NCBI RefSeq assembly: GCF_006345805.1
Contig: NW_021823625.1
Coordinates: forward strand, 1-21,754
DNA from: Octopus sinensis
Taxonomy: Eukaryota
Reading direction: 5' to 3'
DNA length: 21,754 bases
A program made the position numbers and the translations under genes. Positions 10,821 to 21,319 of this stretch are shown here, piece by piece; the first letter of the stretch is position 1; each line of letters begins with the position of its first letter. The notes below the pieces were generated by a model. That model searched no databases, was not told the origin of the DNA, and saw only the letters and a program-made list of their open reading frames with translations.

Positions 10821-11180
10821 TTGCCTCGACTGGTACTTACTTCATGTATCAATTAGAAAGAATATTGAAAGAATATGAAAAGCCAATTCAATTGATTGTT
10901 CAGTTTGAAAATTCACCATCGGAAACGACGGAAGACATGGAAATATGGTGACAAGTGTTGGGTTTATTTTTTTATTTGTGTATTTCTTTCAGATCAATAC
11001 TTCACTTCATCTACAAGAAATAGCAGCCAACTCATCCTCAAATTACATCCTAAAAATTGGAAACGTTCATTAGAAAACAATTACGTAGAAAATATATTTT
11101 ATTATGATGCACAACAACAGCAGCAGCAGCAGCAACAACAACAACAACAACAATAATAATAATAATAATAATAATAATAA

Positions 11181-11371
11181 ACAAAAACACCAGGACTTAC
11201 AAACACATATAACATACAGAAAATTGCACTACTAGGCACTGCACATCCTCCTATGCAGAACACTTTCCATACAATAACCATCAGAGCATCACAACAAATC
11301 ACAGCACATACCCAAGGCACACAGAGCTGCGCTCGGTAGTGAAGTGAAAGCACGCTATAAAAATAAAACTA

Positions 11372-11375
<4 letters not shown>
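11181..11375 (+). mobile_element. 3' stub of an R4/Dong-like RLE LINE in (TAA)n
   Basis: Translates TKTPGLTNTYNIQKIALLGTAH, then after a frameshift LCRTLSIQ*. This matches the QK-x-x-LLGTA-x-ILR C-terminus of RLE elements. (TAA)n lies on both sides. Confidence 0.85.
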
Positions 11376-11444
<69 letters not shown>

Positions 11445-11470
11445 AATAATAATAATAATAATAATAATAA

Positions 11471-12020
11471 ATGCCCTGATGCAGTACCAGGCAGTGGCTC
11501 TCATGGCTTCTGATCTTAACTGATTGGAAGTGTTATCATGTACATTGTTTTGTCTTGGTATAAAAGATGGGCTACAGCAAATATTCTGCTCAATACTACA
11601 GATTTGCTTGTCAGTTGTTTGACCATAACTAGTTGAGCATGCCCCTTAGTGGCTGACGATATGTGCATCTCTGATCACGAGCAGAAGTAGTGGGGGAGCA
11701 TCATAGCCATGTGTTGAGAGGGATTCTTTGGGGTTTGAATAATTCACCTCTGGAAACATGGGTGGTTCTTTCAACATCCTTAAACAACCCTTATTCAGGG
11801 ACCGTTTGAGCGGGATGGGCTACTCAACCTGAAGAAAGTTCTAATTGGGCCCCACCTGGAAGGTCATGTGCTGTTTATCTTGATATGAGATCACCATGTC
11901 GCGCACATATGGTTGTGATGCCTGGTGTACCCTTATCAGACGAGTAGTCATGATGGGTATATTGGGCTTCGTATATTTTACCCCAGTGTCACTTTGATGG
12001 CATGAACTGCTCTCTCACTC
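11471..12020. mobile_element. ~550 bp non-coding insertion in (TAA)n, likely a 3' UTR or non-autonomous derivative of a TAA-targeting element
   Basis: Sharp boundaries with perfect (TAA)n on both sides and higher GC than the flanks. No peptide homology recognised. Confidence 0.6.
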
Positions 12021-12078
<58 letters not shown>

Positions 12079-12137
12079 TAAAAATAAAAATAAAAATAAA
12101 AATAATAATAATAATAATAATGATGATAATAATAATA

Positions 12138-12518
12138 GAATCTATACTTGGATCCTCAAATCTACGCACTATCCAAAAAATAACCCAGCTAGGAATAGAC
12201 CATATCCTTCGAAAGACTATTATTTTAATAATACGATCTAAATGAAACAACCCACAAACACAAGCCACACTGTATACAACAATTATCCAGTGAAATAAAT
12301 TTCCACCAGCAATACAATTAACCAATGCATTATACACTCAATATACAATACAAGCACTAATACAATAAAAGACTGGCGTAAGAGAAACAAACTGACGCAA
12401 TACAGTACCGGGAAGAGTTTGCACACTCCAAACAACACAAAAGAACCCACAAAGCTGTACAGAGCCCAGCGGCGTAGCAAGGCGATGCAGTAGAAATTTG
12501 CCAGACACTACCAAATGT

Positions 12519-12521
<3 letters not shown>
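12138..12521 (+). mobile_element. 3' stub of a second R4/Dong-like family in (TAA)n
   Basis: Translates ESILGSSNLRTIQKITQLGIDHILRKTIILIIRSK*, homologous to the 11181 peptide. Followed by a ~275 bp 3' UTR and (TAA)n. Confidence 0.8.
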
Positions 12522-12578
<57 letters not shown>

Positions 12579-13095
12579 TAATAATAATAATAATAATAAT
12601 ACTATAATAAGGAAGAAGAAGAAGAAAGAAGAAGAAGAAAAGAACAACAACAACAACAACAACAACAACAACGACGACGACGACAACAAAAGTGCCCTTG
12701 CTACTCTTGGCCTCCGTAGGATGTCCGATACTAAGGCAACTGAAATAAAGTTATAATGAAAAGAAACTATACTACTACTACTAATAATGATAATAATTGT
12801 TATTATTATTATCATCATTATGTCTTTTATTGGCCACAAGAATTAATATAAAGATAACACTAATACCAATAATATTTTAAAAGGATTGATGTAACTTTTC
12901 CCAAAGCTAAATAGACTATACAAAGAGCGCGATGCGATTGCAATAGATATTTTATTGGTTGAACGATATTTCGATAGCAAGCCTGTCTTTGTCGAGTTCA
13001 AAATGTTCTAAAAACTATGGTGTTAAACTCCAAGAAAAAATTTACGCCTACTATTTCAAAAACTAACGATTCTACCAGCTAACCGCCTTAATCAC

Positions 13096-13126
<31 letters not shown>

Positions 13127-13127
13127 G

Positions 13128-13180
<53 letters not shown>

Positions 13181-13300
13181 GTACTGTCTATCTGAGGTCC
13201 TTGTTGTGACTTGACAAACAGTACAACCCCCCCCGGCAGATACAATATCTTCAATCAACAACCTCACGATATTGTGTACTGTGCAACGTCTATAACAATC
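13181..13300 (+). mobile_element. Short insertion in (TAA)n, probable RLE-LINE 3' UTR stub
   Basis: Flanked by (TAA)n. CTGAGGTCCTTGTTGTGACTTG resembles the 3' UTR hairpin motif of the other stubs. Confidence 0.5.
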
Positions 13301-13331
<31 letters not shown>

Positions 13332-13334
<3 letters not shown>

Positions 13335-13549
13335 TCCGTTCTACTGGAAGCAGAAAGCCTCAAATTCGGAGGAAGGATTTAAGTCGATTATATCGACCCT
13401 AGTGCATAACTGGTACTTATTTCATCAACCCCTAAAGGATGAAAGATAAATTTGATTTCGGCGGAATTTGAACTCAGAACGTAGCGGCAAACGAAATACT
13501 GCGAAGCATTTCGCCCGGCGTGCAAACGATTCTTCCAGCTCGCCACCTT
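13332..13549 (-). mobile_element. Full-length tRNA-derived SINE
   Basis: Minus strand AAGGTGGCGAGCTGGAAGAATCGTTTGCACGCCGGGCGAAATGC...GTTCTGAGTTCAAATTCCGCCG. The tail runs into (TTA)n. Confidence 0.92.
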
Positions 13550-13552
13550 AAA

Positions 13553-13740
13553 ATAATTCTTTCTACTACAAGCACAATGTCAGACATTTTGGAGGAGGGG
13601 GCTAGTCGATTACATCAATGACGAAAAGATGAAAAATAAAGTCGGCCTCGGTGGAATTTGAAGTCAGAAAGTAAAGCCGGTCGAAATGCCGCTAAGCATT
13701 TCTGTCTGACGTGCTAACGATTCTACCGGCTGTCCGACTT
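13553..13740 (-). mobile_element. Diverged SINE with internal deletion, in tandem with 13332-13549
   Basis: Minus strand GGTAGAATCGTTAGCACGTCAGACAGAAATGCTTAGCGGCATTTCG...TTCAAATTCCACCGAGGCCGACTTT. Confidence 0.85.
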
Positions 13741-13899
13741 GGAGCAATGAATAAGGTGGATAAGTTACGGCAGAATTTTAGTACACAGTTCGTGAATTCA
13801 AATTCTACATATATTTTGAGTCTATTTCTACCTTCTATATTTTGCAAAGTCTCAGCTCCCTTGATATCGTACGGATGTTAACAGGAATGCTTGGAAAAA

Positions 13900-14160
13900 T
13901 GATCACTGGTGTTCCCAAATACATTGGCTAATCAAAGTGACAACCTATATTTGTTCGCTTGACGAGCTTAAAATAGAAGCCACATTATGCTTAAATTACA
14001 TTCCACCATCTTTTAAAAGATGAGATTCGTAAGTTAATGTAGTCCTATATGCACTGCGTATGAACAATGAGATGGCATGGTCATGAATGGATTGCCTTTT
14101 ATCATAGGTATGCTTGATTAGAACTGACATGCGTCTAAGCTACAAATACAACAACAGTAA
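13900..14160 (+). repeat. Old dispersed repeat or SINE tail ending in (CAA)n
   Basis: Shares GGCTAATCAAA and AATAGAAGCCA with 4325-4430, and ATAGGT.TGCT with ~19234-19245. Confidence 0.5.
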
Positions 14161-14457
14161 CAACTCCACAATAGAAAATTTCGGCCACCATTAAGCAAAT
14201 CAAATGACATGAATTTTGTGAGCAAGGTTCCCAAAGTGAGGCCTGTCATAACTTATGGAAATGTCATATGTCTGGCAGACAACATCTTTGTAAAAAGTAA
14301 ATTGTCGTAATTTCTAGGACTGGTCTTATTAATGTGTAGAGTGTAGTCCCGAGAAAGAATTTTCATAACGTGGGTATATGCTTCCTATGAAATGGGGAAC
14401 GATTTCGTAACAAAAGGATGTGATGAATACTGAGAATAGTTATATTAGATGTAGATT

Positions 14458-15285
14458 TCAGTTCTAGCAACGACTTCTTTAATACGCACGTATATTATGA
14501 GAGAAGAAATTTGTTTCAGGCTGAAATTATAGAAGCTATGAAGAAAATCTTTTATAAGTGTATGTAATCTGAGCTAATTGACGTATTGAAATCTAACGAA
14601 CCCATCATCTCTATATAGGCCAATATCTATCACGATGATTTGTTTTTAAATGTATCTATGATATACAGACAAACGAGACTGGATATTACTGCGCTGTTAA
14701 ATGATTCCATGCTGACATTGAACGAACTTACGGCGTATGCTACTTTAATCTAGCATGAATACTTGTCAAAGACGATCATGGAGCCATCTTGATATTCTTA
14801 TCATTATCCTCCTAAGGTACTGACGAGTAGAGGTTTGAAGATAAAAGGATAACATTCGACAATATCAAATAGGGCAAAATTGGAATCGTTGTGATTATTG
14901 ATGTGATTAAGCCAGCTAATAACTGTGGTACTGTCATTCCATTGCTCTAGGTTAGTTGAATTCTGTAATTTACGGTTCAGATTTTCTTGCTAATTAATCC
15001 GATCTCGGTTTTTGCAAGATTGATTAATCTGCGTTTAGGAACGGAGGCAAAAACTCCTCATGGTCTTTGAGTATGACTATCTCTTCGCGTTTAGTTAAAC
15101 ATTGGAATCTACTTGAATTTTATGAACTATAATTTTTGCTTCAATATTATATTTTTGCAAGTGGGGGTGTACGCTAGTCGTCTTATAGTTTTGGGTAATG
15201 TTCTTATTTAAGAGTAAGTTTTTGGTACCATTTTCTACTTCATAAAGAGTTCTAGTTTTATCTGAGAATATGAATGCTTTTTTTT
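14458..15285 (-). pseudogene. Penelope-like element reverse transcriptase relic (YRDD type) with multiple frameshifts and stops
   Basis: Colinear minus-strand motifs: FIFSDKTRTLYE...NITQNYK...NIEAKII; ILKDHEEF; PKRRLINLAKTEIGLISKKI; QWNDSTTVISWL; FALFDIVECYPFI; FNVSMESFNSAVISSLVCLYII; GLYRDDG. Confidence 0.88.
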
Positions 15286-15295
15286 CTACTTCTTA

Positions 15296-15440
15296 ATGGG
15301 TGTGTGTTCGTGTGTGTATGCATGTGTATGTGTGTGTATGTATTATGCGGGAGCGAGAAAGAAAGAGAGAGAGAGAGAGAGAAGTATAAGCAAGCACAAG
15401 TACTTAATACATATACATACACGCATATATATATATATAT

Positions 15441-15488
<48 letters not shown>

Positions 15489-15691
15489 TATTATATCTAT
15501 ATATATATATATATATATTATGGCTTATATAGTGTGTGCATGTTATTATATATATTCATGTATATATAGATATATATACTTATATATAATATATATATAT
15601 ATACCACACAGATATGGCCTTTAGTGTATGTGAATACTTATGTAATTATATACTTGCAAGTGTGTGCGTTTAGGTTTATATGTGTTTGAGA

Positions 15692-15736
<45 letters not shown>

Positions 15737-15840
15737 CATACATACATACATACATACATACATTCACATATAAATATGCATGCACACACATATAGATACG
15801 TTTGTTTCTGTGTTCATCCACGTGTGTGTGAATATACGTG
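15296..15840. repeat. Compound (TG)/(GA)/(TA)/(CATA) microsatellites
   Basis: Direct reading. Confidence 0.9.
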
Positions 15841-16123
15841 TGATAGGAGGATGGATAAATGCGGATATGGAAGGAGTCAGGTAGGTCGGTGGGGTCAAGT
15901 GGGGGATGGTGACATATGTAATATTCCGGTCATTGTCCGGTCATAGTCGAATGTTTTTATCCGTTTGATCCAGCTTTGATAGCAGCTCTTTTTGGCAACT
16001 GATGCTGCAAATTACATCATTAGACTTGCTAAATCATAGAGCTATGCTTCATAGGAGGCGATAGTCAAAAATCTTTCAGACCTTAACTCTACACTCCTAA
16101 TCATCATTCGCCATTCTACATTA

Positions 16124-16536
16124 ATGTCTAGCATCACCAATAACGCCCTCTACGCTCAACACCACCGCCACCACCACCACCACCACCACCACCACCAACA
16201 ACAACACAACAACAACAGCAATAACTACAAAACTGAAACTGAAAGTATTATTACTGCTAGAATCGCCACTACCTCCACTACTATCTACTCAGTGATAGCA
16301 TCACCATCACCACTATCACCACCGCAACAGCCACCATCACCGCAACAGCCACCATCACCGCAACTGCCACCATCACCACCACCAAACTGAACATCATTCC
16401 CACCATCAACACCACAATCAACATCAACGCTGCCATAAATACCAATGACACCAACACCTCCGCCATTGCCACCTACACTACCACAACCACATTCACCACC
16501 ACCACCATTACTACAACTAGCAGTTGTATAGGGATT

Positions 16537-16573
<37 letters not shown>

Positions 16574-16659
16574 TAGTAGTAGTAGTGGTGGTGGTGGTGG
16601 TGGTGGTGGTGGTGGTGGTGGTGGTATAGTAGTAGTAGTAGTGTGTGGTGGTGGTGGTG

Positions 16660-16703
<44 letters not shown>

Positions 16704-17190
16704 TCCACCAACACCAAAACATGCAACAGCGCCATCATAATTTTCTCCGTTAAAATCTCTCCCTCCTTCAACACTACCACCACTACCATCACTATCTCCA
16801 TCATCATCATCACAGCCGTGACTACCACAGCCAACTCCACCACTTCTACTCCACCAGCAACACTACAACTACCACCACCAATACCACCACGACAAACCTC
16901 ACTACTGCAGACAACAAACTTCATCATCACCACCATAATTACTATCAACACCATCACCACCATCATCATCATTATCAACATCATCATCATCAACAACAAC
17001 AGCGGCACCAATACCACTTCTGCCAACAAACCAGCTCTCTCCACCACCATTTTCCTCACTAGCACAACCAGCACCGCTACCGCCGCCATCGTGTTTCTGT
17101 TAACACCATTCAAATTGCTACTCTCCTTATAGCCACGCTCAGTACAACAACCACCAAAGCCCTTTAACACTGGTGCTATAATCACATAAC
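16124..17190. repeat. Degenerate trinucleotide field (CAC/CAA/CAT/ACT) with a central opposite-strand block of (GTA)n/(GGT)n at ~16522-16703
   Basis: Direct reading. The ORFs here are homopolymeric peptide artefacts. Confidence 0.92.
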
Positions 17191-17258
17191 ATTATAAATC
17201 GCCACTGGTTACTTATACAGCAATAATTTTGACGACTTTATTATATATCTACAGACGC

Positions 17259-18010
17259 CTGTGTGCGTGTGTGAATGTGTGTGTGCGGGCGTGCATCTGT
17301 GTGTGTGCGGGCGTGCATCTGTGTGTGTGTGTGTGTGATTGCATCTGTGTATGTGTGTGTGTTTGTGTAAAAATGAATTATGTTTTTATAAGTGCATATA
17401 TGAATATACATATATATATATATATGTATTTATTTATATTTATATATACATATATGTATTTATATTTATATATACATTTACATATATATATATATATACA
17501 TACATATATATATTCACACACAAACACACACACACACACACATACACACACACACAAACACATATATACGCATATATATAGCTAGTTACACTCGCTGTAT
17601 ATAGACATACACATACATACTTCCAGGAATACAGGAATATAAAAAGACGAATATATATGTACAACTCTTTTATCCTCTACTCTCTCCTTTTGTATATATA
17701 CATATACATACACACACTCTCACCCACACATTTATACATTCATATAAGTGTGTATGTATGTGTTTACATTCATCCAAATACACATGTATATATATTATAT
17801 ATATATATATAATATATATATATATATCTCACATGGATATAAGTACTTACATGTACATTCACGGATTGTGTCTGTATGTATGTGAGCGTGTGTATCTGTG
17901 TGTGTATGTATTTGTCAGTGTCTGTGTCTGTGTATTTGTGTGTATAGGCATATATAATGTATATGTATGAGCGTAAATATGCGTATGTATATGTATACAA
18001 AATGCATACA
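17259..18010. repeat. Compound (TG)/(TA)/(CA) microsatellites
   Basis: Direct reading. Confidence 0.9.
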
Positions 18011-18610
18011 CGAGCCTTCATATAAAGGGAAACTATCCCTACTTATTGTACAACTGAACTCTCTCTCTTTCTAATCTAACGAAACCATTTAGACGTGTGC
18101 TCTGAAATACCCCAGTGTCAAGCTACGACTAACTTTATATCTTTAAACGCATTTTCACGGATCCACTGATCGGCCATCTTTGGTTGGTTGTTAATTGTCA
18201 TTTCAACGCAATAATTCTTGGTGGATAAAATGCATTCGCCGCTGTCTTTGAAGCTGTTTAAAGTATATAATGTGCTTTAATATATCATTTATGAATGCTT
18301 TATAGTTATATGTTTACGCTAGAGACATGAGACGTGTTTAGTTAACTTCTGTAAACTACACCAAACTCGTTATTATATTTATTGCTGCTCAGTAAACTCT
18401 GGTCTGATCTGTTTTTGCTTTTGCTGCTAACGAAGCAAGAAGGAAACTTGTGAGACGACGAGAGAGCCTCTACTTGGTTGCTAGAATAGCTAAATATAGT
18501 ACCTAAATCTTCCTCATATTTCATTTTACCGTTGAAAAAAAGGGAAGAGAATATTGATTAATAATATGCTTAGGTACACTGTGTCCTTTTGTCATTGATT
18601 ACTTAGTTAA

Positions 18611-19022
18611 GGTAGCGTGTCGGACAAAATGCTAAGCAAAATTTCTTCCGGAAATTTACGTTGAGGTCAAATTCCGCCGGAGTCGATGTTTGCCTTTTAT
18701 CCTTTCAAAGTGAATAAAATAAGTAACTCTTGAACAGTAGGGGTCGATGTAATTGAATTGCTCTCCTACCACCCTAAAATGTCAGGTATCGTGTCGAAAC
18801 CTGAAACGGTTATTAATCGCTTAGTTAATTCGGGACTTGGCAGAAACGGTAATGCGTTGGACAAAATGCTTTGCAATATTTCTTTCGCTTCTTTATATTC
18901 TGAGTTCAAATTCCGCTGAAATCGATTTGCTTTCCGTCATTTCGGGATCAATAAAATAAAGTATCGGTCAACCGACTAGCCCTCTCTCCTGAAAATTGCC
19001 GGCCTTGTACCAAAAATGAAAA
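18611..19022 (+). mobile_element. Two tandem diverged SINEs (~18611-18810 and ~18829-19022)
   Basis: Each has GGACAAAATGCT, G(G/T)TCAAATTCCGC, AATAAAATAA and a related tail. They are separated and flanked by related direct repeats. Confidence 0.85.
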
Positions 19023-19664
19023 TTATTAATCGCCTAGCCATGTGGAAAAGGACGTGACTGATAGAACAGAGGAAGAATGGTATCCTTAAACAAAGCCAAG
19101 TCTCTGGTTTTGAGGATAACATTTAACAGAATGGGATCTGCTAAATATATTCAAGTGCCAGGTGATAGCGTTAATCCGGGAGACAGATTAGGTCTATAAA
19201 AGACAGGTAAGATGATCACAGTAGGAGTTTGATAATAGGTTTGCTCCACTAAAAAGCCAACAATAACAAGATTTGACTCAGGTTTGTTCTAATTTCCTAG
19301 GCTCACGTTTCTAGGTTTCGGTAGGAAAGGAATATGAGAGACTTAAAAGAAAGAAGTTCTATGTGGCAGACTTTGTGACAAAAGTAAAACCTCTATCAAA
19401 GGTCTAGAAAGGAGGAATTTCACATATCTCGGCATCTCTAAAAGTACAGGAGTTTTCCTTATACGGTTAAAATTGGGGTCAATATTTACTCTATTGATTG
19501 GATTACGCTAATGGGAATACATTCAAGATTTCGAAACTGAAGACGGGTGAGAAAGGAAACACATCCAGTGCATTTTACACTTAAGGATTGGTTAGTATCC
19601 CCAATACGTACGTAGAGCAACACAAAACTAAAATCACACAGGGGTGGGGCATTGGATATTACGG

Positions 19665-19925
19665 TGACTCCTGACTTCACTTTCCATTCTTTCAAGATTG
19701 ATGAAATACCAGTCAATTACTGGTTCAGTTAATTACTGATATGGATGTAATCGACTTTCTCCCTCTCTCATCAATATTGTTGTTGGCGTGGCTGTTAATG
19801 AAGTTTTTGTTGTTGCTCTTGTTCTTCTTATTTTTCTTCTCCTCCTCCTTCTTCTTCCTCTTCTCCCCTCCCCCCTCACACATACCCAATTTTAGGCCTT
19901 GTGCCAATATTAGAAAAGATCGTTA
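19665..19925 (+). mobile_element. Degenerate SINE 3' half interrupted by simple repeats
   Basis: GACTTCACTTTCCATTCTTTCAAGATTGATGAAATACCAGT...GATGTAATCGACT...AATTTTAGGCCTTGTGCCAATATTAGAAAAGAT followed by (TTA)n. Confidence 0.7.
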
Positions 19926-19933
19926 TTATTATT

Positions 19934-21220
19934 TTGGTTTGGCACAGGTTTGCTCTTATTACTGATAGGATTTATATGGGTAGCGGGTTACTATCTGTAA
20001 CCTTAGGTATCCACAAGTTTTCAGCAGACTTTCAAGTGCTTAGAACCCTCCTGATAATCCTTGCTATCCCTAAGAGACAAGCTTTTTGTAGGAGCTCTAC
20101 CAAGCATTCTATTTCAATCTCCATCAGCCATTTGTCTATATCTTTGCTTACTCTACCCAACGCACCAATTATTATAGGCATGACCCTTAAAGTTCGCATG
20201 CTCCAGATTCTTCCTATTTCAAATTTTAAGGGATTGCAATTTTATCTTCCTTATCGCATACCTTGTTGTCAGCTGGGCATGCTATATCTATGATCCAGCA
20301 TAGTTTGTTTTCTTTCTCAATTAAGACTATGTCCGGCTTCCTATTCTCTATCTCATGGTCGCACAGAATCATAAAATCCCATAGGATCTTTCCTTTTCCA
20401 TTTACGACGATGCCTTCAGGTTTGTGGTCGTACCCCTTTTTTGCTTTGTCAAGTCCATACTTGTTGCAAAGTGTCCAATGGACAAGCCTGGCTATATTGT
20501 CGTAGCGTCTCTTATATCCCTTCTGGGCTAGTGGCGTACATTGGCTGGTAATATGCAATACGGTTTCACCGTTTTTTCCACAGGTTCTACACTTATCCCT
20601 CTCTGCTGTCTTGTCTATTCTGTATTTTATGTAGTTTGTTCTTAGTGTTTGCTCTTGGGCAGCACAGATTAGAGTCTCCGTTTCCGGTTTTAAATCAATT
20701 TTAGTCATCCACAACCATGTTTTTTCTCTGTCTGTCTTATCTTCAACATCCCTATGGAATTAACCATGCATTCTTTTCTTTACCCACCTATTTTCGATTT
20801 TATTCGTTTTCAATTTCTTGTATAGTGCTTTATCTTTGCAATCTTTCATCCTACACAAGCCTGACCTTCTAGTAACAGCGGTTCTGTGGCATTTTTACAT
20901 ACCATGCTATGTTGTTTTCTTCTGCTGTAATGCTGTGTTCGCATCCAATAAGTTTTCTTCCTCCTCTTTTTCTTGGTACATACAGTCTGTCTGTGTCACT
21001 TTTTGAGTGGTATGACCCATATATAGTTCCTTGTCTTTCTGCCTAAGCTGTTTAGTTCGTCTACTGTCCATGTAATTACCCCTGCTCCATATCTAAAGAG
21101 TGAAACCGCCCAGGTGTTGATAGCTTCGATCTTATTCCGTCCATTTAATTTCGACTTTAGGATCAGTCTCAGTCTGCGCAAGTACTCCACTTTAATTTTT
21201 CTGTCATTTCTTTCTCATCA
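19934..21220 (-). mobile_element. 5'-truncated R4/Dong-like non-LTR retrotransposon (post-RT region, CCHC knuckle, restriction-like endonuclease), frameshifted
   Basis: Peptides EYLRRLRLILKSKLNGRNKIEAINTWAVSLFRYGAGVITW; ETETLICAAQEQTLRTNY; CRTCGKNGETVLHITSQC (CCHC); YKRRYDNIA; ILWDF...RKPDIVLIEKENKLCWIIDIACP (PD-D RLE). After a frameshift: LKFEIGRIW...PIIIGALG...LLQKACLLGIARIIRRVLST*, stop at 20032-20034. Both ends abut (TAA)n on the minus strand. Confidence 0.93.
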
Positions 21221-21244
21221 GTTTTTTTTTTAATTATTTTTTTT

Positions 21245-21248
21245 ATCA

Positions 21249-21319
<71 letters not shown>
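21245..21319. repeat. (TTA)n microsatellite
   Basis: Direct reading. Confidence 0.95.

Noticed and set aside
11112-13331. CRISPR-like repeat-spacer appearance
   Set aside because: The repeats are variable-length (TAA)n, the spacers are roughly 60-550 bp mobile-element pieces, there are no cas genes, and the context is eukaryotic.
16124-17185. Long ORFs (202 and 222 aa) rich in His, Pro, Thr, Ser and Gly
   Set aside because: Translations of trinucleotide repeats that are open in several frames on both strands, with no domain.
19040-19211. Possible exon ending at CAG|GTAAG
   Set aside because: No supported acceptor or recognisable peptide, and the site adjoins a repeat remnant.
19901-20505. 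Plus-strand ORFs of 130 and 80 aa
   Set aside because: Antisense shadows of the minus-strand LINE ORF.
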